64,000 bases of DNA from Okamejei kenojei (Eukaryota): contig CM069147.1 in NCBI GenBank assembly GCA_035221665.1, forward strand, positions 25,606,001-25,670,000. Direction: 5' to 3'. This document shows, piece by piece, positions 14,185 through 27,454 of the stretch; the first letter of the stretch is position 1; each line of letters opens with the position of its first letter. The notes beneath the pieces were generated by a model. It had not been told where the DNA came from. It worked only from the letters and a program-made list of their open reading frames with translations, and did no database searches. A program made the translations under genes and the position numbers.

Positions 14185-15964
14185 GTGGCGTCGAAGGATG
14201 CGAAGCTGGAGCAAAGAAGTGGATGCCAAATAACCGAACGGGAACGAAGCCAAAACGCCAACCAACCGAATGGGTGGGGCGCCTAAATGCAAACTAACCG
14301 AAAGGGCGGGACGCCTAAAAGCCAACTAACGGAAAGGCTGCTTCGCCTACAAGCCAACTAACCAAATGGCCGCTCAACCGAAAAGTCAAATAACGGACAT
14401 GACGTCACAGGGGGCGGGATATGTCAGCGATTGGTCCAGATCCCTGCGTCCATCATGTCTGACTACACTTATGCAGAGCGGCTATGGAAGTTGAGAAAAT
14501 TGGCACTGACAGCGGTCTGTGTGAAGGGACAGCACCTACTAACACTGAAAGCACTATAAAACCAGCTGCCACAAGCCCTTCCCATGGGACAGGGTTTTAA
14601 CTCGGCATTAAAAGTAAAAAAAGAGTGACATTGATTTAAAAACAAAAATGTTACATGTATAAATAGGTCTTACATTTGGGAACCTGGTTAATTAAGTGGT
14701 GGGTTTATTTCCCTGTCCTAACTATGTATTTGCTTTAGCCGGTGGTCACATCCATTCCATCCCTCCCTTGCAAATGAATAGATGCAAGCGCATGTAAAGC
14801 CGATGAAATGAGATGAGAAATGAGAAATACATGAAGCCGATGGAATGAGACAACTGTCACACCAAAGATAGACACAAAATGCTGGAGTGTCTCGGTGGGA
14901 CGGACAGCATCTCTGGAGAGAAGAAATGGGTGGTGTTTTGGGTCGAGACCCTTCAGACGCAGTCTTCAGGTCTGAAGAATGGTTTCGACCCGAAACGTCA
15001 CGCATTCCTTCTCTCCAGAGATTCTGCCTGTTCCGCTGAGTTACTATAGCTTTTTGTGTCCATCTTCGTTTAAAGCAATTTACAGATTAGCTGGTGTTTT
15101 GTGCGTGGGACCTTTTGTGCATTACGCAGGGAACCAGACGGTAATAAATAAAACATGCTTCTTGTTGTCAATGGGGGGGGGGGGGGGGGGGTGGGAGGAG
15201 ATACAATTGTTCGTTGTCATGCACACTTGTCATCGGCCCGCCAGGCAATTTGTGTGTGTCCCGCATGTTTTAAAAGCGATTTACTATGGCTGCCAATGCT
15301 CCGAGCCAAGTGCCCCCGCGGCCGGGGTGGGGGTGAATCACCAGGTTTGGGTGTCATGGGGTAATTCACCCTGTAAGTGGGTCGGGGTCTGGGTGTCCGG
15401 GGATCATGGGGGGGGGGATTATCCTGTCCCACACCTCTGCTCCACCCAACGCTGCCGACACACAACCCGTCACAGTGCGGCCGCATGGGGAGACACGGCG
15501 GAGTGTGGCCGTGGCCGTGGGAGTTTGGGGCCTGTCCCAACGGATGCGCTCCTTCGGCCGCTTACAACTTGGTGCTCGGATTCAAAGTGCCCAGTCACCT
15601 ATGGCTTGTGTGGGAAAATGACCCCCACAATCCAGTCTCCACCGGCCAGTGATGTGATGGACGAGGGGGTCTGGACCAATTGCTGGTAAGACCTGCCCCT
15701 CGGCGACGTCATGTCCGTTATTTGACTTTTCGGTTGAGCGCCATTCAGTAAGTTTGCTTTTAGGTGACGCAGCCTTTCAGTTAGTTGGCTTTTAGCCCCC
15801 CCCCCCCACACCCTTTTCGTTAGTTTGCATTTAGGTGCCCCACCCTTTCGGTTAGTAGGCGTTTCGGCTTTGTACGCTTTCAGTTATTTGGCGTTTCGGC
15901 TTAGTTTCCATTCGGTTATTTGGCATCCACTTCTTTGCTTCGGCTTCTCGTCCTTCAACGCCAC
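14185..15964. mobile_element. Non-autonomous DNA element with long (about 230-260 bp) internally repetitive TIRs
   Basis: 14185-14410 is the reverse complement of about 15705-15964. Each TIR is built of about 28-bp subrepeats (AAAGCCAACTAACCGAAAGG-like). No transposase ORF seen. One TIR is retained in the right arm (56725-56950). Confidence 0.75.
14865..15070. repeat. Head-to-head Penelope-derived pLTR pair (orthologue at 53250-53455; similar pair at 41215-41410)
   Basis: Inverted pair of the ACACAAAATGCTGGAG...GGGTCGAGACCC repeat. Hammerhead core at 14972-14999. Confidence 0.75.
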
Positions 15965-16469
15965 CGGGTACCATGACATAAACTATCGAACTTGTAATAA
16001 GGATCAATTAAAAGCAAATCACACCCGATATCTCAAGTAAACCAAATAATTTAATGTGCCGCAATCAGATAGTAGGCCTTTCAACAATTCTGTTCCCAAT
16101 ACAAGTGAATATGATTATTAAGGAGTTATTTCAAATTCAACCATGAAATGCCAAAGCTTACGTTTAAAGAATAAACAAGAAGATCTAATGACAGAATGCA
16201 GAATAAATTATTTATGGGGAAAAATGAAGATTCACGGGGATGGGGATATGGAAAGATGGTATGTTTCATCGACTGTGTTCATGGCGAATAGGATATATGG
16301 GTGGCGGGCATGCGGGGGGGGGGGCAGTTAATTTAGAATATGGTTATGTGGGTCAACACATCGCTTGTGTCTTATAATGGAATACATCTAGAGACGTCGA
16401 GAATTGATTAAAACAAAACATCAAATTAAAAGTGTGTATCAATAAAGAAATAACGTGAAAAGACCTATA

Positions 16470-17135
16470 TGAAGACTGGAGGATGGCTAATATTGTGGCT
16501 ATATTTGAGAAGGGCTGCAAGGAAAAGCCTGGGAACTGTAAACCAGTCTGTGGTAGGAAGGCCACTGGAAAGGATTCAGAGGGATAAACTATGTAAGCAT
16601 TTGATTAGAAAGGATCTGATCGAGGATTGTCATCATGGTTGTATATTTGAAACAACGTGTGTTACGAATCCGATTTATTTTAAAGCAACCAAAATGGATG
16701 ATTTGGGCAAAGTAGTAGACGTTGTCTGTATGGACCAGAAAAGACTTTGACACGGTTCCACATGGTGCGTTGCTCTGGAACAATAGATCCCATGTAGTCC
16801 AAGGAGAGCTCGCCACTGGGTAGAGAAATTGTTCCGTGTAAAGAAGCAAAGGGTGATGGTGGAATGTTGTATTTTGCCGACTTAATTCATGGAAAGGCAA
16901 GAGGGGAACACTTACCAATAACCTAAGGGGCATCCTCTTCATGCAGATGCTGGTGGTAAATGGAATGAGGTGCCAGATGAGGTCGCTGAGGCAGGTGCTT
17001 TTACCAGACATTTGGATGGATACAAGGGGGGGGGGGGGGGGGAGGTTTTGAGGGATATGGGCCAATTACGGTGGGACATCTTGGTCAGCATTGGAAAGTT
17101 GGGCTGAAATGTCTGTTTTCATGCTCTAGGACTAT
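16470..17135 (+). mobile_element. Old decayed CR1 fragment
   Basis: Degenerate EDWRMAN...GKVVDVVCMD motifs and CR1-type 3' UTR. Confidence 0.65.
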
Positions 17136-20100
17136 TCAATGATAGCCTTTATTTTTGCAAAACGTGTTGTGGAAGAAAATATTAATATCCTTTCTTACTT
17201 AATTTTGATTGGAATTGAACAAGGTAATGAAAGGGTGTTTGGATGTGACAACTGGCATCTCTCGTTGACCAGCTGTAGAAGAGGTTCGTGGGAATCGGCA
17301 AAGTAAGATTCGACGTTGTATCTCTTGTCTAGGAATGTGTTGAACGGTGGATGGTAAATGTAAACATGAAATAGTAGGCGTAGATCAGGAAGCTTGTTTC
17401 TCTCAGCAGTGTGTTACGGTAGGCCACCCTCGCCCCTACTGCTAGTAGCGTAGAAACGTTGCAGTAAATGGGGAGCTTATGATTGGCTCGGCAGGGGATG
17501 GTGGCGCGGTCTGCCTAAAATGTCAGATAGAATAATATCAAGATGCCCTTGTATTGTCTTTGACTTGTATTAACCATTTGTTGTTGAAAAAGATTGTCAT
17601 AAACAAAAGGTATGTTACGACTAATGAAATAAATGGTACCTATGTAGTACATAGTATATTTTCGTGTAGTTGTATCTAACAAAAACAAAAGTTGTTTACT
17701 GCACAGATAACTGTCGGCTAATTCTCTTGTGAAGTCAGAGAACGGGTGAGCAGTTAACAGCCGTCATCGCTTCATTATATCTCTTGAAGAAAACCTGCAA
17801 AGTTTCCGCTTTTCATTTTCCTTTAATTTCCCACGAAATTCATTTCTTGCACACGTGTCAACCCAATGCCAAATATATTCAGGAACAAATATCAAATTAT
17901 GACCAATAATCAACAGGTCAAGAATAGATCAAGGGTAATGGACAATAATATGTCCAGGTCTGAACTAGGAATTATGTCATATAGAAATTGGCTGATTAAG
18001 TAAATCATAACCTTTCAGATCGAGTAGTGGAGGGTTATCTACCCAAGTGGACTAACGGTGGACAATTGATAAATTAAGACATTACATCTCACATTAGATT
18101 ATGTAAAAAGATGAGGATAATTATAGCTCCTACACTATCATGCCAACGAACGGAATTGCTTCCCTCCAATGATGTAATAACTGGGTGAAGTTAAGACGCC
18201 CTCTTATTATCAAAATGTACAAACTCCATACAGACAAGCACCTGTAGCTAGGATCGAACACTGGCCTCTGGCGCTGTATGCGCTGTAAGGCTGCAACTCT
18301 ACCGCTGCAACACCGTGCAGAGGCACAAATATTGGATTGGTATTATGTGGTACAGATATAATACAATAGCACAAAAATACTGCTCCATATGTAGCCTTTC
18401 ATGACGCAACAAGCGAAGTAGAGAAATGGCTTCACACGGAACCTGTGGAAAATGACACCCAAAGGAAACTGTAATTTGTTCCCACAAACTGAACGTACAA
18501 GGAGGATCCAGACAAATGAAACTTAGAATTACTTCTTGACCACAGCAAGCGTGGGATGAGAGAGAGGGAACAGGAAGATTTTTGTGGAAGTAGCATGAGT
18601 GATGTATTGGCTGTGATCCAATTGGTCTTTGACATCAGCTTGCCACATCTAGGGGGTGGGAGATTGCAACCTTCATGTGGTGCGCCCTGTTTCGACGAAT
18701 GCAATCAACCTGGCGTGCACAGTCAAATAATATCAAATAGAACAAGTTGTCCTACAACTTTAGGCTGTGCACGCCATATGCAAGAAGAAGAAGCTACATC
18801 TATAATGGAAAATAACACAGAGGAAAGAAGAAATCACTGGAGATAATCCATAATGTTCTAAGCATGTACACAAAAGGCCAGATTGGAACTGAACAATGCC
18901 GTGACGCAGTCACATTGCTCACACTTCCTCCTCGATAACTATCAGCACAGTGGCACCTCAAGGCTGTGTGCTTTTACGATATCCATGGATGTGTACCCGG
19001 AACAGTTCCAACTCAACCTTTAAATTTGAAGACTACACCACCGTTGATGAACTAATTACACGTAATGATGTGTCAGAGTGGAGTTGGGAGATCCATCATC
19101 TGATCAAACTGTGCTGGAACAACAATCTGGCTCTCAATGTCAGTAAGATTGCTGATTGTTGACTTTAGAAGAGGAAGGGCCAGGATTCATCAGCCTGTCT
19201 TCATCGATGGGTCAGTGATGGAGAGAGTCAAAAACTTCAAGTTCCTTGGCATGCATATTTCTGAAGATCTGTCCTGAACTCCACACATCCATACATTCAT
19301 ATGAAAGCCCTCCAATACTTCTAATTCATAAGAAGATTGAGGAGATTCGATATGTTGTCATTGAGTCATAGAGTCATACAGCATGGAAACATGCCATTCG
19401 ACCCAAACTTACCCACATCGGCCAACATATCCAAGTTATACTAGTCCCACCTTCCCGCATTTGGCCCATATCCCCACAAACCTGTCCTATCTGTCTAAAT
19501 GCTTTTTAAACTTTGGGATAGCCCCTGCCTCAACTACCTCCTCTGGCAGTTTGTTCCATACCCATCACCATTTGCTGAAAAGGGTACCCCTCAGTTTCCT
19601 ATTAAATCTTTCCCCCTTCATCTTAAACCTATGCCATTTTGTCCTCAATTCACCTACTGTGGCCAAGAGGCTCTGTGCATCTACCGGAACTATTCCTCTC
19701 ATGAATTTATGAACATCCATAAGATCGCATCTCATCATCCTGCGCGTAAATGAATAGCAACTCAGTAATCCACCTCACCCTACAGCTCAGACCCACTAGT
19801 CATGTCAAAATCCTTGTAAGTCATCTCTGCATCCTTTGCTGCTAGACAACATATTTAATCGAAAACACTCTTAATCCTTTACAGTCTTCATTCCACTGCT
19901 CTGGGTAAAAGGCGATTTATTCCTGACATGCTCTTGTAAGCCTCAATAAGATCACCCCTTACCCTCCTGCGCTGCAAGGCATCAAGTCATAACCTGCTCA
20001 GGCTCTCCCTATAGCTCAGACCCTCGCGCCTGCCAATATCCTCGTAAATCTGCTCTATACCCTTTCCAGCTTATCTACATCATGCGTAGTTGCAGAGGCA

Positions 20101-21422
20101 GATGCGATAGGGGCATCTTAAACATTTTTTTAATAGGCAAATACTGGGAATGGAAGGATATGTCTCGCAAAGAGCGGATATTAATTTAGTTTGGCATCAT
20201 ATTCGGCACCGAAATTGTGGGCCGAAGGGCCTATTCATGTTCTATGTTTAGGAGTTGTTGAATTCTTTTTTGAGCAGTTATAAGTTTCGAAATTGATGGG
20301 ATGCTTTAGGTATTTGTCGTGTTCGCAATACATGTCACGGTACTTAAACTGGACAAGGTAGGGTAGCATGTCTGTGTGTATTCAGTTGTTGCTGATGTGG
20401 GATTGGAATAGTGCGCTGTGCGGAGGGAAGAGCGTACTTAGTTGGGTGAAGCTTTCTGGCATATTTCCACCCAGAAATCCAGTGTGACGCTGACGTGTAA
20501 TTATCATTCAGACTGAAGCTTCTTCTGATTTCTTTCTCCCCTTCTTTCTCCCCCACTCGACGCTCTTCTGAGTTTCAATGAAACTCGACGTAAATTGACG
20601 GATAACGTTTTGATTAATATTCTCAATTTGCAATTTAATCATTTGAATTCTGGTACTACTCCTTTGTTTACATATATTGTGACGTTGCATTGTTCTCAGA
20701 TTTCCCCCCGTTTATAAAGTAATGGTTTTTTTTTCTTCCACCCACACTAATACGCCACCACGCACCTCACATATTCTTCCTTACGATACCTGTGAATTTC
20801 TTTAACAATTTTCATCATGAACTTTTGTTACTTCCTATAACGTTCTCGGCTGAAACTAATTTCTGTAGTCGCAGATATGTTGTGACTCGTATTTTAACAT
20901 TCATATTATTTGAAACTATGATTTCCTAAAATCACGGTAGAATAGTATTTTACACAAGATTGCGGTTAGAATATATCACTCTCACTATTCACCAAATGTT
21001 TCTTCCAACAACATACCTTTTGTTAACATTTATTAGATGGACAAGAAATAGCTACATAAATAGTCAAACATGGATATTCTGCAAAATAGCTCAATTCGTG
21101 ATATGCCAAGAATGTTCAATCATCCGGATATCACAGGTCTCGACTCGAACGCAATGTTTTTTTTTGACTAAACTACTGCAGCCACAATACTCGCTAACAT
21201 ATGATGGTTTCCATTTCATTGACTACCAACTGCAATCTTAATCTATACTCCTTTCGCTGGATGCAGTTCAGGTCCCGCCTAGAAAATTAACCCCAGACAT
21301 AAAAAAGATAACTAAATGATATGAAATTACAGAATAATGATTGTCCAAAGATCTCATGGCCCACCACGACAAACGAATTACTTAATTGGAGCAAAACCTC
21401 TAGTACAGACTAAGCAAGGGTT

Positions 21423-21798
21423 AGTTCCAACACCGTAAGTTGGAGGAACTGCACCTCATACAACACCGCAAGTTGGAGGAACAGCACCTTCCCACCTCTC
21501 CCTCAGGCCCTCGGGCCCTGGCATTCCCTCTATCTCTATCTCCCTCCCCCACACTAGTCGCACTAGCTTCTCATGTTCGCACCACAAACAGCTTACAATG
21601 GCTTGTTCCCTTTATCATCGATACTTTTTAGCATATCTTTCATTCATTGTACTTTATCTCTCCACGTCACCGTCTATATCTCTCGTTTCCCTGATCCATG
21701 ACCAGTCTGAAGAAGGGTCTCGACCCGAAACGTCGCCTATCTCCTTCGCTCCTTAGATGCTGCTGCACCCGCTGAGTTTCTCCAGCCTTTTGTGTACC
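21423..21798 (+). mobile_element. Penelope-like element fragment with minimal hammerhead motif
   Basis: Encodes RKLEEQHL (GIY-YIG C-terminus-like). CTGAAGA-AGGGTCTCGACCC-GAAA-CGTC at 21707-21734. TSD CAAGGGTT at 21415-21422 and 21799-21806. Absent from the right arm. Confidence 0.8.
21707..21738 (+). ncRNA. Putative minimal type I hammerhead ribozyme motif
   Basis: CUGAnGA core, stem II GGGU-CUCG-ACCC, GAAA, palindromic ACGU and a GUC cleavage triplet. Helix I pairing is weak in this copy. Confidence 0.55.
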
Positions 21799-21887
21799 CA
21801 AGGGTTCGTTTATCGCTGCTTTATAACTCTGTAGCACAGCATATTTCTGTGTTTCTATTGGGATACGAAACATCAAGTAAGACTCGC

Positions 21888-24253
21888 CATGTACAATAAT
21901 CATCGTGCCATTGCCTTTGGAACTGTTTCCTTTCCCGTATCTCACACTGCAATAATAGATCCCGGAGTCACGGAAACCCACGTCTAACAGATGTAATTCG
22001 TCAACTCCCTTCAGGACATTGTTCATTGTCATCCTCCTGATTGGGATCAGAGCCAAAGTCTCTTCTTGACCCTCTTTCTTCCAGTATACATCCAGCAGTG
22101 CTTTCTGATCGATGTTTTGGAAAGCATAGAAACATAGAAATTAGGTGCAGGAGTAGGCCATTCAGCCCGTTTCACGCCATTCAACTATGATCATGGCTGA
22201 TCATCCAACTCATGTATCCCGTACCTGCCTTCTCTCCATACCCTCTGATCCCCTTAGCCACAAGGGCCACATCCAACTCACTCTTAATATATAGGCCAAT
22301 GAACTGGCCTCAACTACCCTCTGTGGCAGAGAGTTCCAGAGAACCTCACCACTCTCTTGTGTGAAAAAAGTCTTTCTCATCTCGGTCTTAAAGGATTTCC
22401 CCCTTATCCTTAAGCTGTGACCCCTTGTCCTGGACTTTCCCAACATCTGGGAACAATTTCCCCTGCATCTAGCGTGTCCAACCCCTTGTAAGAATTTTGT
22501 AAGTTTCTATAAGATCCCCTCCAATCTTCCTAACTTCCAGAGAGTATAAACCGAGTCTATCCCATCTTTCTTCATAAGACATCCCGTGACAATCCCAGGA
22601 ATCAGTTCCTTGGTGAACCTTCTCTGCACTCCCTCTATGGCAATAATGTCCTTCCTCAATTTTGGCGACCAAAACTATACGCAATACTCCAGGTGTGGGT
22701 CTCACCAAGACCCTGTACAACTGAAGTAGAACCTCCCTAGCTCCTGCACTCAAATCCTTTTGCTATGAAAGAAACCATACCATTCTCTTTTTTCAACTGC
22801 CTGCTGCGTCCTGCATGCCTACTTTCATGACTGGAGTACATGACACCGCAGGTCTCGCTGCATCTCCCCTTTTCTAATCGGCCACCATTTAAATAATAGT
22901 CCCTGCTTTCCTGTTTTTGCCACCAAGTGGATAACCTCGCATTTATCCACATTATACTGCATCTGCCACCATTTGCCCACTCACACAGCCTATTCCTAGT
23001 CCACCTTGCAGTCTCCTAGCCATCTCCTCACAGCGAACACTGCCCCCCAGCTAGTGTCATCCGCAAACTTGAGATAATGCCTTCAATTCTCCTCATCCAG
23101 ATCATTAATATTTATTGTAAATAGCTGGGTCCCAGCACTGAACCCTGCGGTACCCCACTAGTTACTTTACTGCCTGCCATTGTGAAAAGGACCCGTTTAC
23201 TCCTACTCTTGCTTCCTGTTTGCCAGCCAAGTTCTCTATCCACATCAATACTGAACCCCCTCATTCCGTTCTGTGCTTTAAGTTTGTATACTAATCTCTT
23301 ATGTTGGGACCTTGTCGAAAGCCTTCTGGAAGTCCAGAATATACCACATCCACTGGTTCTCTTTATCCACGCTACTAGTTACATCCTCGAAAAATTCCAC
23401 AAGTCGTCAGACATGATTTACCTTTTGTAATCCATGCTGACTTTGTCCAATGTGTTTTCACCACTTTCCCCAAATCCGTGTGCTGCTATCCCATCTTTAA
23501 TAACTGACTCTAGCAGTTTCCCCACTACCGATGTTAGACTAACTGGTCTGTCATTCCCCGTTTTTCTCTCTCCCTCCCTTCTTAAAAGAGGGGTTACATT
23601 TGCTACCCGCCAATCCTCAGGAACTACTCCAGATCTAAAGAGTTTTGAAAGATTAACACTAATGCATCCACTATTCCTGAGAGCACTTCCTTAAGTACTC
23701 TGGGATGCGCCTATCTGGCCCTGGTGGATTTATTCGGCCATTTAATCTATTCAATTTACCCAACACTCACTTCCCGACTGACCTGGATTTCACTCAATTC
23801 CTCCTTTGACCCACAGTCCCCTGCTATTTCAGGCAGATTATTTATGGTCTTCCTTAGTGAAGACGGAACCAAAGTAGTTATTCTATTGGTCCGCCATATC
23901 CTTGTTCCCCATGATCAACTCACCTGTTTCTGACTGCAAGGGACCTACATTTGTTTTAAACTAACCTCTTTCTCTTCACATATCTATAAAAATTTTGCAG
24001 TCAGTTTTTATGTTCCCTGCAGTTTTCTTTATTTCTTTCATAATCTATTTTTCCTTCCTAATTAAGCCCTTTTGTCCTCCTCTGCTGTCTCGATTTCTCC
24101 CAGTCCTCTGGTATGCTGCTTTTTCTGGCTACTTTGTACGCATCATCCTTTGCTTTGATACTAAAGCACAGTATAAGGATACATTTTCACCTTTCACCTT
24201 CGTTACCTTATCGGGAATCTGACGCACAGTCAACGAGAAGGGCCGGTCAATTA
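21888..24253 (-). pseudogene. V exon of left copy, interrupted by CR1
   Basis: (V)IDRPFSLTVRQIPDKVTKVKGENVSLYCAF | QNIDQKALLDVYWKK...DSGIYYCSVRYGKGNSSKGNGTMIIVH. TSD AAAGCA at 22121-22126 and 24163-24168. Confidence 0.9.
22127..24162 (-). mobile_element. 5'-truncated CR1 LINE inserted in the V exon
   Basis: Closely matches 53672-55683 but with many 1-nt indels. (CATAGAAA)n tail. TSD AAAGCA. Confidence 0.93.
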
Positions 24254-24449
24254 CTGTCAGAATTAAAAAAAAACAAACGTTAAACTTGTGAAATGACAAT
24301 GAACCGATTGATAAAAATCCAAATGGCTGACATAGATCGACCGAAAAGTAAGAGTAACTAGGGTAGAAGTTTGAAAATTGTACATCTTATTCTTTTCGCG
24401 GATTGACTTTCCCCCTGTTTTTTCATTTAATAGAGATAAATATATTAAC

Positions 24450-24504
24450 CTGTGTAACCCATGTGCAGAATCGAGAGACACAGCAGCACGGCAAACATAA
24501 ACAT
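24450..24504 (-). pseudogene. Leader exon of left copy: MFMFAVLLCLSILHMGYT-G|
   Basis: Reverse-complement homologue of 44583-44637 with the same ATG and GT donor. Confidence 0.8.
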
Positions 24505-24611
24505 TCTGAACAAAGGCAGTGAAATTCAACGATGTTTGCTCTCTGACAGCGAGTCAAGCAGTGAAGCTTGTTGGCGACCGTCTTGCAGCAATACCGCGTG
24601 GCCCGAATGGT

Positions 24612-24631
24612 TCTGTTTCACTTTGACGTCA
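24612..24631 (-). promoter_or_regulatory. Putative CRE plus IRF element upstream of the left-copy ATG
   Basis: Perfect TGACGTCA (24624-24631) adjoining AAAGTGAAA on the minus strand (24616-24624). Confidence 0.4.
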
Positions 24632-25099
24632 TCGCGCTGAGAAGCACATTCAATGTCACGGAGGACACTGACGTTGCAGATATTACCTAGGGAATATGGC
24701 ACATTTTGTGTATCATGGAAAGTTTTGATTTGATGCAGCGTCGCGAATGTCACACACCCGATTAACTTTTACAGGTGCTTTAAATGATATGTCCAATGAA
24801 AAGTAGAATATCAAAGTAACGCAACGAGAAATACATAAATATAATTCGTGGAATGTGTCGAAAGAAATGTCTCGCCAGTCAAATCTAAGCGCTTTACAGA
24901 TACTGCAGCAGTTTGAATGGGAGAAGAAAACCAACGCGTAGAACAAATAATCATATACTGTACTATATCTCTGCCTTGGGGGAAAAAGACAAATTATGCT
25001 TATGGATATGCCGGTGAGTAAGGGACGGGCGCAGTAGATAGGCGAAAAGAAATACTTTCAAAACCTAAATGTTACTAAAGAGTTTAATATTTAGAGAAT

Positions 25100-25390
25100 A
25101 TAGAAACAGTCCCATCGGAGCATCGAATCCGCACCAACCATCGATCACCCCTTGACACCAGTTCCATGTTATCCCACTTCCTCACCCACTACCTGCACGT
25201 TGAGGGCAATTTACAGCAGCCAACAAACCAGTAAGTCTCTGGGATGTAGGAAGAAATCAGAGCACACGTAGAAAACCCATGTGGTTACAAGGTGAACTTG
25301 CAAATTCCATACAGACAGCACCGACCGAGGTTAGGATCGAACGAGGATCTCCGGCAATGTGAGGCGGCATCTCTAGCAGTTCCCACCATT
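25100..25390 (-). mobile_element. Decayed V-SINE (partly deleted orthologue at 43320-43490)
   Basis: Minus strand GTTCGATCC B box and TTTCTTCCTACATCCCA V-domain-like block. Confidence 0.65.
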
Positions 25391-26354
25391 GAAGAGACTT
25401 ATGCGCCCAAGCATTGATGAATTCCAATCCAGCTGGTCTTCTATATTCACAGATTTGTAGAATTTTGATATATATATTGGATATTATACTCCGCGGTTCT
25501 ATAGATTCAGTAATTATTCCTGGTTAGTTCTGAATAACAAATGTGAAACTTCTCTTTGGTTTCCAATGTTTCTTGGTTAGTTTCTGTTGGGGATGGGGGG
25601 GGAAGTGTATTTGGGGAAACATTGTTTCCGTCACTTACGTCGACGGAGATGCGATTTGCTCCGTGTCGCATCTCCCCCACCCCCTTTGCGGCCTAATAAC
25701 CTGGAGTGGTGCGCCTTTCCTGGATACCGGCCCGGAACTTCAGCCGCGGGTGCGGTGCGGACTTACCACCATGGAGCCGGGGATCTTTTACCGACGATCG
25801 CTAGAAAAGAGCTCTGACCGCTGCGGCTGCTGCTTATTTGGGGTTTCCACAGACTTTCAATCTTCCGCAAGCTTTTCAACATCGGAACTCGGTGAAAAGA
25901 GCACATAGAATAGGGATCAGCAAAGACGTGTGAATTGTGACTTGATTGATGATTCGAAAGCGATGAATCGGAATAAACAGACACTTCTCAATGTGGAACA
26001 TGAAATTATCCTTTATTGATGTATGAACAGGTTTGATCAATGGATTCGGCAAAGTGGCCAGGTTTAGCGTTGCCTTAAAAATACGTGGTGAGTAATATGT
26101 CACGACAGATGAAATACATTGAGGAATTGCCGTGGCAGATGAAGTACCATGAGGGAAATTGAAATTATGCACACCCGCAGACAGACAGTGCACACGTGCC
26201 GATTATATTTTTTTAGGGTAAGAAATGCGGAAATGTTGATATTCAAAGGTGCCCGCATGTCACCGAAGTCTAATCATTATTCATTTCCGCCAAACAGTGA
26301 GGTTCGATAAGCAAGTGGTAAGTTAATGTTAGATCCATACAAAAAAGTTGGTAG

Positions 26355-26890
26355 ATAAAAATACTGGAGAAACTCAGCGGGTGACGCAGCATCTATAGAG
26401 CGAAGGAATAACGGTCTCGACCCGAAACGTTACCTATTCCTTCGCTCCAGAGATGCTGCCTCACTCGCTGAGTTTCTCCAGCATGTTTGTCTACGTTAGA
26501 TTTTGCCAGCATCTGCAGTTCTTTCTTAGACACAAAAGCTGGAGTAACTCGGCGGGACGGACAGCATCTCTGGAGAGAAGGAATGGATGTCGTTTCGGGT
26601 CGTGGCCCTTCTGCAGACTGGTTAGGTATAAGGGAAACGAGATATATGGACGGTGATGTGGAGAGATAAAGAACAATGAATGAAAGCTCTGCAAAACAGG
26701 TAACGGTGATAAAGGAAACAGGCCATTGTAAGCTGTTTGTCGGGTGGAAATGAGAAGCTGGTGCGACCTGGGTGGGGGAGGGATAGAGAGTGAGAGAATG
26801 CCCGGGCGACCCGAAGTGTGAGAAATCAATATTCACACCACTGGGCTGCAAGTTTCCCAAGCGAAATATGAGACGTTGTTCCTCCAATTG
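26355..26890 (-). mobile_element. Penelope-like element 3' end with inverted terminal repeats
   Basis: QLEEQRLIFRLGNLQPSGVNIDFSHF resembles the PLE GIY-YIG C-terminus; followed by head-to-head pLTR-like repeats. Confidence 0.75.
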
Positions 26891-27454
26891 GTTATTGCTG
26901 TAGAAATTCAGTACCAGAATACACTTGTCATCTTGCAACAACATACGGTCTAGTTGAGGCCACATCCGGCCTAATTTGTTACGGTTTAGCTTATTTACTC
27001 CAGAAGTGAACAATTCCATCAATAGGGCTACGAGGAAGATTCGCCAGACCAGCCTGAAATTGCGGGGAATATCATGACAGGAGATATGTGGTTGGAAGTA
27101 TTGCTTTCTGTAGGATTTTGGAAGGTTCACAGAGTCGTGTAGCACGGGAACAGTCCTGTCATAGTGGTACAGTCATAGAGCACGGGAAATAGGCCCTTCA
27201 CGGTAAAATGTGCCAAAAGCTTTCCTTACTAATACATTTCCATGTGACGTAATATACAGGTAACCATGTATGCGTATGCCTAGTTCCCTCTGATCTATAA
27301 TATTCCTCAGGCTTCACTGTAAATACCCTGCACTGTGGTGACCTCCCAAAATGCAACAACTCGCAATTTGTTTGCATTAAGCTTAATTAGCTTTCCCTCA
27401 ATCCGTGTGGGCGCAACTGCTCCTGCTGTAATTTTTGATGACCGTCTTTTTAGT

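Larger units (their letters stand above)
8372..24504 (-). pseudogene. Left copy of the VJ-C1 IgSF gene, inactivated by CR1 insertions in both Ig exons
   Basis: Leader 24504-24450. V exon split into 24253-24163 and 22126-21888 (donor is GC rather than GT). C1 exon split into 14031-13910 and 8536-8372. Removing the insertions and one TSD copy restores open frames about 92-94% identical to the right copy. Confidence 0.9.

Noticed and set aside
14230-14400. Regularly spaced short repeats resembling a CRISPR array
   Set aside because: Eukaryotic context, degenerate units without unique spacers, part of a TIR, and no cas genes.
14979-15689. 236-aa ORF
   Set aside because: Low-complexity, GC-rich interior of a non-autonomous element crossing poly-G runs; no domain motifs.
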